Assembly: GCA_026387175.1 (NCBI GenBank)
Contig: JAPLME010000007.1
Location: forward strand, 487 to 64,486
Length of the DNA stretch: 64,000 nucleotides
Direction of reading: 5' to 3'
Origin: Candidatus Omnitrophota bacterium
GTDB lineage: Bacteria > Omnitrophota > Gorgyraeia > 2-01-FULL-45-10
Shown: positions 38,460-48,740 of the stretch, piece after piece
How the letters are laid out: every line of letters starts with the position of its first letter
How positions within the stretch are numbered: position 1 is the stretch's first letter
Translations under genes and position numbers: made by a program
Notes under the pieces: model-generated
Database searches by the model: none
Told to the model about the DNA's origin: nothing
Seen by the model: only the letters and a program-made list of their open reading frames with translations

Positions 38460-39263
38460 CTATAAATATTTTTTGGCGTAACGTACGCCATTTTTAAAGA
38501 TAGCGAATCCGTCGCCATCTGTTTTTTTCTTATTCCTGGTCCAGCTCGGATGCTGGTAGGCTCTTATGTGCCGTTCAGGATGAGGCATCAGGCCGAATAT
38601 GCGGCCGCTGGGATCGCATATCCCGGCTATATTCTCTATCGAACCGTTCGGACAATATGGATAAGGCGCCCTCTTCCCCGCGCTATCGACATACTCGAAG
38701 ACCACCAGGCCTTTATCCTTCATTCTCTTCAATACGTTTTTATCTTTCGGGATGAATTTGCCTTCGCCGTGCGCTACCGGAAGCTGTATGATCTTATCTA
38801 TGCCTTCGGTCCAAACGCATCCGGCCCCCGCTCCCCGGCCCCCAACCTTTTTCAGGTATACCCATCTGTCTTCAAATTTGTCCGAATCATTCAATGTAAG
38901 GGTCGACTCTATCGTTTGGGCGTCGCCGGCAAGGTTAGGCAGGAGCCCGGCCTTGACCAGGACCTGGAAACCATTGCATATTCCGATGATAAGTTTACCG
39001 CTATTTATGAATTTTCGCAAGGGCCCGCCGATCTTGTACTTCAGCTCATTGGCAAGGATCTTGCCGCTGGCTATATCGTCGCCATAAGTGAACCCGCCGG
39101 GTATCGCCATGATATGGTAACTATCCAGGCTCTTCTCTTTTCGCGTCAGTTCATTAATGTGCACCAGCTCGCTCTCGGCACCCGCTTCCTCGAAAGCGAA
39201 CGCCGTCTCCTTATCGCAATTTGTTCCGGCGGTCCTTAGCACTATGACTCTTATCTTACCCAT
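38460..39263 (-). CDS. purQ: Phosphoribosylformylglycinamidine synthase subunit PurQ (glutaminase)
   Basis: N-terminal KIRVIVLRTAGTNCDKE. Class-I glutamine amidotransferase Cys (GICNGFQ) and His/Glu. Confidence 0.85.
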   Translation of the reverse strand: MGKIRVIVLRTAGTNCDKETAFAFEEAGAESELVHINELTRKEKSLDSYHIMAIPGGFTYGDDIASGKILANELKYKIGGPLRKFINSGKLIIGICNGFQVLVKAGLLPNLAGDAQTIESTLTLNDSDKFEDRWVYLKKVGGRGAGAGCVWTEGIDKIIQLPVAHGEGKFIPKDKNVLKRMKDKGLVVFEYVDSAGKRAPYPYCPNGSIENIAGICDPSGRIFGLMPHPERHIRAYQHPSWTRNKKKTDGDGFAIFKNGVRYAKKYL

Positions 39264-42121
39264 TACATATCCTCGAACGGCCCGCTCCAGGCGGCTTTAA
39301 GTACCTTCGTATCTGAATTAATTATGAGTTTTCCTTCGAAGTCGTAAACCTTAAACGAAGTATCTTTACGGGCTTTTCCGAGCTTCCAGACGCTTAAAGC
39401 CCCCATCGCTTTCAAGAATTTATCTTCATCCGCGACTTCTACGATGAAACGGGTATTGGATTCAGAAAATAATTGCACATCGCTTACCAATAGTTCCTGT
39501 CCTGCGGGCATTGCGTACGGGTCCAGTCTTATATCCATGCCGAGCCCTCCGGCAAAAGACATTTCAGCGAGCGCCACCGCCATGCCGCCGTCCGAACAGT
39601 CATGGCATGAAACGACCAGGCCCTTTCTGATGGCCTTAGTAAGAGAGCCCATCAGCTTCCTGCCGCTTACGGGGTCGACTCTCGGGACGTCATTTCCTAC
39701 GGCGCCGCGCATCTTGTAGTACTGAGATCCGCCTAGCTCATCGAACGTCAGGCCGACCATATATATCGGATTGCCGGGTTTTTTAACATCCATCGTGATA
39801 GCCTTCGAAACATCATCCATTACGGATATTGCCGATATCAGGAGCGTCGGAGGTATGGATATGGTCTCCTTGCCGTCCGAGTATTCATTGTTCAAGCTGT
39901 CCTTGCCGGAGATGAACGGAACGCCGTAAGCCTTCGCGATATCGTAACAGGCATATGAGGCTCTCACGAGGCCGCCGAGCCTGTCAGGTTTATTGGTATT
40001 GCCCCAGCAGAAGTTATCCAGAATGGCGCACTTGTTTATGTCGCCGCCTACGGATACGATCTGTCTCAGTGCCTCATCTATGGCGCTTGCGGCCATCCAG
40101 TAAGGGTCTATCTTGCCGTAGTCAGGATTTATGCCGCATCCGAGCACAATGCCTTTCCGCGAGCCGAACACGGGAACGGTTACGCATGCGTCGCCTGGCC
40201 CCTGGTTTGGTCCATGCAGGGGTTTGACCACGCTTCCTCCCTGTACCTCATGGTCGTATTGGCGTATTATCCATTCCTTGCTTGCGATATTGAGGTTCGA
40301 GAGCAGTTTTAACAGGTCACCGGTAAGGTCCTTTTTTGTTTTTTTACGAGGTTCCTTAAAATTCGGCTTTCGCCAGACGGCTTTACGCGTAACGCGGGGC
40401 AGTCCGTTATGCAGGAACTTCATGTTCATATCGGCGACGAGAGCGCCGTCATAGAAGAGTTTCAGCTTTTTAGCATTCGTGAATTTTCCTATGACCGTCG
40501 CCTCAACATTCTCACGCTCGAATACGGCCTTAAGCTTATCGATCTTCGCCGGGTCCACCGCGAGGACCATCCGTTCCTGGGCCTCCGATATCCATATCTC
40601 CGTGTAGCTCAGGCCTTTGTATTTGATGGGTACGGCCTCGAGATTAACTTCGGCGCCTATCTCCTCAGCCATCTCACCGACGGCGCTTGATAGCCCGCCC
40701 GCGCCGCAGTCCGTGATAGCGGTATATAAGTTCAGGTCCCTGGCCTGGATGATCGTATCGGCCACTTTCTTTTCCTGTATCGGGTTGCCTATCTGGACCG
40801 CCGAGCCAGATACGCTCTCCGATTCGTGGGTGAGCTCTCCCGATGAGAATGTGGCGCCGTGAATTCCGTCGCGGCCGGTCCTGCCTCCGACTACAACTAT
40901 CAGGTCTCCGGGCCTCGATCTCTTTTCGCATTTATTTCTCGGCAGTATCCCTACGTTGCCGGCGAATACGAGAGGGTTTCCCACAAAGTCGTCGTCGAAG
41001 AGCACGGCTCCATTCGAAGTCGGTATGCCCATCCTGTTGCCATAGTCCCTGACGCCGGCTACGACGCCCTTCATGATCCTTTTGGGATGAAGGCTGCCTT
41101 TGGGTAATCTATTGTACGGATAGTCGGGATTTCCAAAGCAGAATACATCCGTATTTATTATCGGTCTCGCGCCGAGCCCTGTGCCGAGCGGATCGCGGAT
41201 GACCCCGCCTATACCTGTGCCCGCGCCGCCGTAGGGTTCGAGCGCCGACGGGTGGTTGTGCGTCTCGACCTTAAAGCAGATATTATTCTTTTCGTCAAAC
41301 CTGATGATGCCGGAGTTATCCTTAAAGACAGATACGCACCAGGGTTTATTCAATTCATCCGTAACTTTCATTACGGTATTCTTCAATAGATTATTAATGA
41401 TTGCGCCTTCATATTCAATAAGCCCCCTGAAGGTCTTATGCTTGCAGTGCTCGCTCCAGGTCTGGGCGAGCGTCTCGAGTTCGCAATCGGTGGGGTTTCT
41501 TCCCAATTTGACGAAATATTTTTTTATGACGCGCATCTCGTCTAATGACAGGAAGAGCTGCCCCTCCTTCGATAATTTTTTCAGCTTTTGGTCGTTCGCG
41601 CCCAGGATATAGATGTGTTTTAACGCGAAACGGTATGGCGGCGGCTCAAGAGGTATTTCGGAGGAGCCCTTTACGGCATGCTGGATCACTTTATTGTAAA
41701 GTATTTTCTCGGCTATGGAGTGGATCTGGCTGTAGGATAAATTCCCCTTGATCAGGTATTTCTTCGCGGTCTTTACAGCGGAGACGCCGGATACGCCCAG
41801 ATCCCTGATCGCCTTCCTTGCGCTCTCCTCGACAGGATCCATAACGCCGGCATTATACGCGACCTCGACGGCCTTGAAGGACCTTTCGTCGAGCACATTG
41901 CCGCGGTAACTGTACTTTTGCGTTATCGGATCGATTAAAAGATTTTCGCAGATCTTCTTTACGCTATACTCGTCGATCGTGCCATCCAGCAGATAGACCT
42001 GCACCGTCTTGACTTCTTTGACCTTACAGTTTATCCTGAGGTCGCGTATGTCGTGTTTTACGCTCTCGCCCACAGCATCGTAAAAACCGTCTTTTTCGGC
42101 CACTTCAATTCGCCAGGACAT
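39263..42121 (-). CDS. purL: Fused PurS-PurS-PurL (FGAM synthase II with two N-terminal PurS-like modules)
   Basis: Two ~80-aa PurS-like segments in the first ~170 aa. The PurL body follows (SEHCKHKTF, two AIRS-like domains). Start overlaps the purQ stop. Confidence 0.8.
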   Translation of the reverse strand: MSWRIEVAEKDGFYDAVGESVKHDIRDLRINCKVKEVKTVQVYLLDGTIDEYSVKKICENLLIDPITQKYSYRGNVLDERSFKAVEVAYNAGVMDPVEESARKAIRDLGVSGVSAVKTAKKYLIKGNLSYSQIHSIAEKILYNKVIQHAVKGSSEIPLEPPPYRFALKHIYILGANDQKLKKLSKEGQLFLSLDEMRVIKKYFVKLGRNPTDCELETLAQTWSEHCKHKTFRGLIEYEGAIINNLLKNTVMKVTDELNKPWCVSVFKDNSGIIRFDEKNNICFKVETHNHPSALEPYGGAGTGIGGVIRDPLGTGLGARPIINTDVFCFGNPDYPYNRLPKGSLHPKRIMKGVVAGVRDYGNRMGIPTSNGAVLFDDDFVGNPLVFAGNVGILPRNKCEKRSRPGDLIVVVGGRTGRDGIHGATFSSGELTHESESVSGSAVQIGNPIQEKKVADTIIQARDLNLYTAITDCGAGGLSSAVGEMAEEIGAEVNLEAVPIKYKGLSYTEIWISEAQERMVLAVDPAKIDKLKAVFERENVEATVIGKFTNAKKLKLFYDGALVADMNMKFLHNGLPRVTRKAVWRKPNFKEPRKKTKKDLTGDLLKLLSNLNIASKEWIIRQYDHEVQGGSVVKPLHGPNQGPGDACVTVPVFGSRKGIVLGCGINPDYGKIDPYWMAASAIDEALRQIVSVGGDINKCAILDNFCWGNTNKPDRLGGLVRASYACYDIAKAYGVPFISGKDSLNNEYSDGKETISIPPTLLISAISVMDDVSKAITMDVKKPGNPIYMVGLTFDELGGSQYYKMRGAVGNDVPRVDPVSGRKLMGSLTKAIRKGLVVSCHDCSDGGMAVALAEMSFAGGLGMDIRLDPYAMPAGQELLVSDVQLFSESNTRFIVEVADEDKFLKAMGALSVWKLGKARKDTSFKVYDFEGKLIINSDTKVLKAAWSGPFEDM

Positions 42122-43666
42122 TTACTCCCACTCTATGGTTGAGGGCGGCTTAGAGCTTATATCGTAAGCGACCCTGTTTACGCCCTTGACCTCGTTTATG
42201 ATCCTGTTGGATATCTTTCCCAGCACGTCGTACGGTATCCTGGCCCAGTCGGCGGTCATGCCGTCGACCGAGGTCACAGCTCTTATGGCGACCACGTTCT
42301 CATAGGTGCGTTCATCGCCCATCACCCCTACCGATTTCACGGGTAAGAGCACCGCGAATGCCTGCCATATCTCGTCATAGAGATCTTCGCGTTTTAATGT
42401 GCTGATGAAGCGGTCATCGACTTCGCGCAATATATCACAGCGTTCCTTGGTCACATCGCCCAGGATCCTTACGGCCAGGCCCGGCCCCGGAAAAGGATGC
42501 CGTCCAAGCACCTCAGGCGGCATTCCGAGTTCTTTCCCTACCTTCCTCACCTCATCCTTGAAAAGATATTTTAAGGGTTCGATCAGTTTCAGGTTCATCT
42601 TCTTCGGTAATCCGCCGACGTTATGGTGCGTCTTTATGGTCGCGCTGGGCCCGCCGAACGCGGACCGGGACTCTATCAGGTCCGGATAGAGCGTACCCTG
42701 GGCGAGATATTTTACGTTACCCACCGATTTAGCCGCGCGATCGAACACTTTTATGAATGTGTGGCCTATTATCTTTCTCTTTTTTTCAGGTTCGGTGACG
42801 CCCCGCAGGTTTTTCAAAAACTCTTCAGAAGCGTCTACGGAGCGAAGGTTAAGCTTAAAATGCTTCTGGAACACTTCCCTGACGGCCTTTCCTTCGCTCT
42901 TACGCAGTAAACCGTTATCGACAAAGATGCAGACCAGCCTCCGGCCTATGGCCTTATTTATTAGGACGGCCGCTACCGAGGAGTCTACTCCCCCGGAAAG
43001 CCCCAGTATGACCCTGTCGTTCGGCCCCGCGGCCTTGCGTATATCCGATACGGTTTCATTTATGAAAGACTTCATCGACCAGTCGCCGCGACAGCGGCAT
43101 ATCTGCCTGACAAAGTTCTTTATGACCGTCTTTCCGGCCTGAGTGTGGGCCACTTCGGGATGGAACTGGACGCCGAAGAAATTCCTCCTGAAATCCGCGA
43201 AAGCGGCTATCGAAGTATTTCCGCTTCTCGCGACACGGACAAACCCCTTAGGCATCTTCCTCACTTTATCGCCGTGGCTCATCCATGAAACGCTTGTCTT
43301 CGGGACGTCTTTAAATAATAGCTTGTGGTTCGTTATTTCGAGAGGCGCCCTGCCGTATTCCCTGTGGCGTGACTTGGCGACATCTCCGCCGAGCATCTTA
43401 GCCATGAGCTGCATTCCGTAGCATATCCCCAGTATCGGGATACCGAGGGAGAAGACCCTGCTATCGCAGTGCGGAGCGCCCTTCGAATATACGCTTGCCG
43501 GGCCGCCCGAGAATATTATGCCCTTTATCTCTTTCGGGTCTATCGATTCGATGGAAAAGTCCGGAGGCAGGATCTCGCAGAATACGTTTAGCTCCCTCAC
43601 CTTTCGGGCTATGAGCTGGTTATACTGTGAACCGAAATCTATTATCAGTATCTTCTCTCTGGACAT
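42122..43666 (-). CDS. guaA: GMP synthase (glutamine-hydrolysing)
   Basis: N-terminal GATase ([23 protein letters not shown]). ATP-PPase SGGVDSSV motif. C-terminal dimerisation domain ending IEWE. Confidence 0.9.
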   Translation of the reverse strand: MSREKILIIDFGSQYNQLIARKVRELNVFCEILPPDFSIESIDPKEIKGIIFSGGPASVYSKGAPHCDSRVFSLGIPILGICYGMQLMAKMLGGDVAKSRHREYGRAPLEITNHKLLFKDVPKTSVSWMSHGDKVRKMPKGFVRVARSGNTSIAAFADFRRNFFGVQFHPEVAHTQAGKTVIKNFVRQICRCRGDWSMKSFINETVSDIRKAAGPNDRVILGLSGGVDSSVAAVLINKAIGRRLVCIFVDNGLLRKSEGKAVREVFQKHFKLNLRSVDASEEFLKNLRGVTEPEKKRKIIGHTFIKVFDRAAKSVGNVKYLAQGTLYPDLIESRSAFGGPSATIKTHHNVGGLPKKMNLKLIEPLKYLFKDEVRKVGKELGMPPEVLGRHPFPGPGLAVRILGDVTKERCDILREVDDRFISTLKREDLYDEIWQAFAVLLPVKSVGVMGDERTYENVVAIRAVTSVDGMTADWARIPYDVLGKISNRIINEVKGVNRVAYDISSKPPSTIEWE

Positions 43667-43667
43667 A

Positions 43668-45077
43668 TTACGCTTTCTTCATTCCGGCGCACCTCGTCTT
43701 TTCAAGGGCCTTCTTGGACGGAGGCCGGCATATCGTCGTAGGATAGTTTCCGGTGAAGCATGCGGTGCAGAACTCTTCTTTGGGCAGAGTCATCGAGCTA
43801 AGCATGCCCTCAAGAGATATAAATTTTAAGCTGTCGACCCCTATGAACTCTCTTATCTCTTCGACGGAGTGGCTCGACGCGATCAGCTCTTTTTTGGTCG
43901 GGAAATCTATTCCGTAAAAACATGGTGAGATAAGCGGCGGACAGCTCACTCTCATATGTATCTCTTTGGCGCCAGACGCCCGCAGCGCCCTGACCCTGCC
44001 TCTGGAGGTCGTGCCCCGCACGATGGAGTCCTCCACTATGACTATCCTCTTACCTTTCAGGGCGTCTTTTACGGGGTTCAACTTGACCTTCACCTTGAAA
44101 TCCCTTATGAGCTGGCTTGGCTGGATGAAGGTCCTGCCTATATAATGGTTCCTGACGAAAGCTATTTCCAGCGGCAGCTTGGATTCCTCGGCAAATCCGA
44201 GCGCCGCGCATGTGCCGGAATCGGGAATGGGCATTACCATGTCCGCATTGGCGGGATGCTCTCTAGCTAGCGTCTTGCCGAGGTTCTTCCTCGCAAGGTA
44301 TACGCTCTGGGTGAATATGTTGGAATCCGGCCGTGAGAAGTAAATGTATTCAAATATGCAGAATGCGTGCTTTTTGGATTCGGGCTGTTTCAGGGATCTT
44401 ATGCCGTTCTTGTCGATTATTACGATCTCCCCCGGCTCGACATCCCTTACGTAGGATGCCTCGACCATGTCCAGCGCGCATGTCTCGCTCGCGACGATAT
44501 ACGCGTCGCCCATCTTTCCTATGCAAAGCGGCCTGAATCCGTGAGGGTCGCGCATCGCGTAGATCGCGTCATTTATCATTATCACGAACGAAAACGCGCC
44601 CTCGAGCCTGTCCATTATCGGCAATAGTTTCCCCGAGTAATTATTCTGGTGGTCCTTCACCAGGAGATGCAGTATAAGTTCCGAGTCCATCGTGGTCTGT
44701 AATATGGAGCCGGCGTCTTCGAGCTCATTTCTCAAGGCGACCGAATTTGTGAGGTTGCCGTTATGGGCGACGGCTATGAAACCTTTTTTATGGTTGATCA
44801 AGAGCGGCTGGACGTTCTTTGCCGTCGAGGAGCCTGTGGTGGAATAGCGGACGTGCCCGATCGCGAGATGGCCTTTAAGCTTCTTGAGATTTTCCTCTTT
44901 GAAGACATTGCCGACCAGCCCCTGCCCCTTATGCATATATATCTTCTTCTTGTCGAAGCTTACGATGCCGGTCGATTCTTCGCCGCGGTGCTGCAGCGCG
45001 TAGAGGGCCAGGTAGGCAAGCTGCGCGGCGTTCTTATGCCCGTATATCCCGACCACACCGCAATAATCTTTCATCAT
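43668..45077 (-). CDS. purF: Amidophosphoribosyltransferase
   Basis: Ntn Cys in [13 protein letters not shown]. PRTase motif ([13 protein letters not shown]). C-terminal Cys cluster. Confidence 0.9.
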   Translation of the reverse strand: MMKDYCGVVGIYGHKNAAQLAYLALYALQHRGEESTGIVSFDKKKIYMHKGQGLVGNVFKEENLKKLKGHLAIGHVRYSTTGSSTAKNVQPLLINHKKGFIAVAHNGNLTNSVALRNELEDAGSILQTTMDSELILHLLVKDHQNNYSGKLLPIMDRLEGAFSFVIMINDAIYAMRDPHGFRPLCIGKMGDAYIVASETCALDMVEASYVRDVEPGEIVIIDKNGIRSLKQPESKKHAFCIFEYIYFSRPDSNIFTQSVYLARKNLGKTLAREHPANADMVMPIPDSGTCAALGFAEESKLPLEIAFVRNHYIGRTFIQPSQLIRDFKVKVKLNPVKDALKGKRIVIVEDSIVRGTTSRGRVRALRASGAKEIHMRVSCPPLISPCFYGIDFPTKKELIASSHSVEEIREFIGVDSLKFISLEGMLSSMTLPKEEFCTACFTGNYPTTICRPPSKKALEKTRCAGMKKA

Positions 45078-46651
45078 GATTTGAGCTCTTTATGATATTC
45101 CTGCAGGCTCTTTACGGAAACATTTGGTTTTTTTATCATATGTTCAATTCCGTTCACGGAAGCTTGCGCTCCGGAAACTGTAGTGATAAGAGGCACATTG
45201 TAAAGCGTAGCGTGTGAACGTATCTTCACCTCATCCGCCTTAGTTACTTTGCCGGAAGGAGTGTTGATGATCAGATCCACCTTTCCGTCTTTCATCAGGT
45301 CGAGCACATTGGGGCGGCCCTCATTGAGTTTCGGCAGGACCTGCACGTCGACATCATTACTCTTCAGCGCGTCCGCTGTGCCGGATGTCGCCATGATATT
45401 AAATCCAAGGTCCTCCAGCTTCTTCGCGACGAATACGATATTGCGCTTATCCTGGTTCTTGACGCTTATGAATACGTTCCCTTTTATCGGGAGCCTCTGC
45501 CCCGCGGCGATCTGGCTCTTGGCGTATGCGGCGCCGAAGGTGGCGTCTATGCCCATCACCTCGCCGGTAGATTTCATCTCAGGGCCCAGTATCGCGTCTA
45601 CCCCCGGGAATTTTATGAAAGGAAATACCGATTCTTTTACCGCGACGCACCCTACCTTCTTTTCTTTGGTGAAGCCGAGTTCCTTCAGGCTCTTGCCGAG
45701 CATTACTTTTGTCGCGAGTTTTGCCAGCGGCGCACCTATGGCTTTACTTACGAAAGGGATCGTCCTGGAGGCTCTCGGGTTCACCTCAAGCACATATACG
45801 ATATTGTTTTTGACGGCGTATTGCACGTTCATCAGACCCTTGACATTCAATTCCATCGCCATCGCGAACGTATTCTTTCTTATGGTTTCCAGGATGTCTT
45901 TACCCAGGGTGTGAGGCGGAATGACCATAGCGCTGTCGCCGGAATGGATGCCTGCCTCTTCTATATGTTCCAGTATTCCGCCTATGACGCAAATTTCGCC
46001 GTCGGCTATGGCATCGACGTCTACCTCGATGGCATCCTCGAGAAATTTATCGATAAGTATCGGATGTTCGGGAGACGCCTCCACCGCCTTCGCCATGTAA
46101 TCGGCGAGGCTCTTCTCGTCGTACACTATCTCCATCGCGCGTCCGCCCAACACAAAAGACGGCCTTACTACTACAGGATAGCCTATGCGCCCGGCCACCT
46201 CTTGCGCCTCGTCAAATGAAGTGGCTGTTCCATTGTCCGGCTGGATCAGCTTCAGCTTCTTCAGCATCAGCTGGAACAATTTTCTGTCCTCAGCCATGCT
46301 GATCGACTCGGGGCTAGTGCCCAGTATCTTAAGCCCTTTACTGGAAAGAGCGTTTGAGATATTGAGCGGCGTCTGGCCCCCGAATTGCACTATTGCCCCT
46401 ATGGGGTCTTCTATGGCCACTATATTCATTACGTCTTCTACCGTGAGCGGCTCGAAGTAAAGCCTGTCCGATGTGTCATAATCCGTTGAGACCGTTTCGG
46501 GGTTGCAGTTGATCATTATGCTCTCGAAGCCTTCTTCCCGAAGGGCATAAGAAGCATGACAGCAGCAGTAATCAAATTCGATACCCTGGCCTATTCGGTT
46601 AGGGCCGCCGCCAAGTATAAGAACCTTCTTATTATCGTTCTTTTTAAGCAT
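45074..46651 (-). CDS. carB: Carbamoyl-phosphate synthase large subunit, C-terminal half (second ATP-grasp plus MGS-like domain)
   Basis: Starts at the second CPSase repeat (KVLILGGGPNRIGQGIEFDYCC) and ends with an MGS-like allosteric domain. Complemented by the N-terminal half at 54195..55862. Confidence 0.8.
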   Translation of the reverse strand: MLKKNDNKKVLILGGGPNRIGQGIEFDYCCCHASYALREEGFESIMINCNPETVSTDYDTSDRLYFEPLTVEDVMNIVAIEDPIGAIVQFGGQTPLNISNALSSKGLKILGTSPESISMAEDRKLFQLMLKKLKLIQPDNGTATSFDEAQEVAGRIGYPVVVRPSFVLGGRAMEIVYDEKSLADYMAKAVEASPEHPILIDKFLEDAIEVDVDAIADGEICVIGGILEHIEEAGIHSGDSAMVIPPHTLGKDILETIRKNTFAMAMELNVKGLMNVQYAVKNNIVYVLEVNPRASRTIPFVSKAIGAPLAKLATKVMLGKSLKELGFTKEKKVGCVAVKESVFPFIKFPGVDAILGPEMKSTGEVMGIDATFGAAYAKSQIAAGQRLPIKGNVFISVKNQDKRNIVFVAKKLEDLGFNIMATSGTADALKSNDVDVQVLPKLNEGRPNVLDLMKDGKVDLIINTPSGKVTKADEVKIRSHATLYNVPLITTVSGAQASVNGIEHMIKKPNVSVKSLQEYHKELKS

Positions 46652-46924
46652 ATATTCCGGTTAAAATAAAAAAACCGGCAGAGACGACTGTCCCTCCGGC
46701 CTGAAAATCAGGAGCCACAATGTGAGGATTACTCGCCTTGTACGCGCTCCCGCTTGCTGCAGACATTGAGTTTAGTATCCATAATCTTATAATATAACAT
46801 ATAATATCATCACATCCGTTTAAGCGGATGTGCTTTTCTTTGCTGACGAAATTTTAGCATGGGCCAATGCCGGTGTCAAGAGATTTTGAGACAGGTAATG
46901 GGATGACAAGGTAAAAACCGCGCG

Positions 46925-48733
46925 TTATTTCGACTTACTGTTAATAACCCCCAGATTAAGGCGCGCATTCGTATGGGCAGGATTTATCTCCAGAGCTCTC
47001 TTGTACATGGCGATAGCCTCTCCCACTTTCCCCATCCCAAAGTATGCATTACCAAGGTTATTATATGCTTCGGCGTAATTGGGATTGATCTCTATCGCTT
47101 TCTTATACATGGCGGTAGCCTCTTCCTCCCTGCCAATTCCATGGTATGCTACGCCAAGGTTAATATACGCAGGGGCAAAATTGGGATTGATCTCGATTGA
47201 TTTTTCATACATGGCGATAGCCTCTTCTTTCCTGCCCGTCTCATTATATCTGTTAGCGAGGTTACTATATGCAGGGGCGTAATTGGGATTGATCTCTATC
47301 GCTTTCTTATACATGGCGATAGCCTCTTCTTTCCTGCCTGCCTCATTATATCTGTTAGCGAGGTTACTGTATGCTTCGGCGTAATTGGGATTGATCTCTA
47401 TCGCTTTCTTATACATGGCGATAGCCTCTTCTTTCCTGCCCGCCTCATCATATATGCTAGCGAGGTTATTATATACTTTCGGGCTACCGGGAGCGTATTT
47501 CAATATTCTTTCATAAAATGGTACCGGCTCTCTCCATGTATCATTTTGTATGATGGTCAGGTATGAGTAAAAGGCCAGGAGTAATACTGCGAGTGTTATT
47601 GTGAGTATCCTGTATCTTTCTTTTCTGTAAGCTTCTATTAAGAATCTCGATAGGATGAGGAAGAACCCTATTGAGGGCAGATACAGCCAGTTCTCTGCCA
47701 TATAGGCATTTATCGGATAGAGGTTGGATACGGGAATAAGTGTTACGAGAAACCACAATATTGAGAATGATGTCAGTCTATTTGTTTTCACTGTCTTTAC
47801 GGCGAGGAATATCAACGTGATTAGTATGGCTATGCCGCATATCACTTTAGGGTCTATAAAGCTGAATATGGGGGCTCCGTATTCCATGTGCAGGCCAATG
47901 GGTAAGAAGGGTAGTTTTATGTAGTCAGTTATAGCAGCGAAGAAGCCGGGAATCCTCTGAAGTAGAGTGCTGTTAGATATGGAGCCGGTCATTAAATATT
48001 TTAAAACAGTCACTCTTAATAGTATGTAAATAAACGTTATGCCTGATATGGAGAGAAACTCTTTTAATCTTATCTTCTCCTTGAAGGTATAGTGATAGAG
48101 GAGTATTAAAGCTGGGAGGATGAGGCTGTTCTCTTTTGAAAGGAGCGCCAATAAATAGCTTGATGCCATGATGATGTAGTGTATCGCGTTATTGGCTCTT
48201 GAGGATTTGATGTAGAATATCAAAGAGATGAGCATGAAGAATAGGTACATGGGGTCGGCGCGGCTTGATATGTAATTGACTACCCCTGTATGTAGGGGGT
48301 GAACTACGAAAAAAATGGCGGTGAGAAATGAAAGGGTCTTATCGTTAAACAGGATGTCGATGAGCCAGTAGATGCATAATGCTACAAGGATATGCAGAAG
48401 TATGCTGGTGAGATGATATCCGATTACGCTTAACTTCCATGAGTGGTAGTTCATAGCATAGGTGATCATCTGCAAGGGGCGGTAGAAAGAGGATTTCATG
48501 TAGCCGGATATTCCGAAGCCCGTGGTGAACAACTTAAGGCTGATTGGCCATTCTCTAATGAGCGCGTTGTCCTTCACCAAGATATGATCATCGTAAACAA
48601 ACTTGCCGTTTAGAGAGTTGGCGTAAACCGCGATACCCAGGATTATTATAAGGGCAATGGAAGCCAATATTATTGGTTTTTTAACTGGAGCGGGCTTAGC
48701 GGGGGTATTCTTTATGTTTTTAGGGTTCATCAA
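46925..48733 (-). CDS. Multi-pass membrane protein with C-terminal TPR repeats (TMTC/PMT-like putative glycosyltransferase)
   Basis: About 11 TM helices in the first 400 aa, then 6 TPR units. Five of the TPR units are near-identical 34-mers (AIAMYKKAIEINPNYAEAYSNLANRYNEAGRKEE). Confidence 0.55.
   Translation of the reverse strand: MMNPKNIKNTPAKPAPVKKPIILASIALIIILGIAVYANSLNGKFVYDDHILVKDNALIREWPISLKLFTTGFGISGYMKSSFYRPLQMITYAMNYHSWKLSVIGYHLTSILLHILVALCIYWLIDILFNDKTLSFLTAIFFVVHPLHTGVVNYISSRADPMYLFFMLISLIFYIKSSRANNAIHYIIMASSYLLALLSKENSLILPALILLYHYTFKEKIRLKEFLSISGITFIYILLRVTVLKYLMTGSISNSTLLQRIPGFFAAITDYIKLPFLPIGLHMEYGAPIFSFIDPKVICGIAILITLIFLAVKTVKTNRLTSFSILWFLVTLIPVSNLYPINAYMAENWLYLPSIGFFLILSRFLIEAYRKERYRILTITLAVLLLAFYSYLTIIQNDTWREPVPFYERILKYAPGSPKVYNNLASIYDEAGRKEEAIAMYKKAIEINPNYAEAYSNLANRYNEAGRKEEAIAMYKKAIEINPNYAPAYSNLANRYNETGRKEEAIAMYEKSIEINPNFAPAYINLGVAYHGIGREEEATAMYKKAIEINPNYAEAYNNLGNAYFGMGKVGEAIAMYKRALEINPAHTNARLNLGVINSKSK
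46990..47460. repeat. Near-identical 102-bp tandem DNA repeats (about 4.5 copies) encoding the TPR units
   Basis: Direct inspection: ..gggattgatctctatcgctttcttatacatggcgatagcctcttctttcctgcc.. recurs with 1-5 mismatches per unit. Confidence 0.75.
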
Positions 48734-48740
48734 ACATTAA

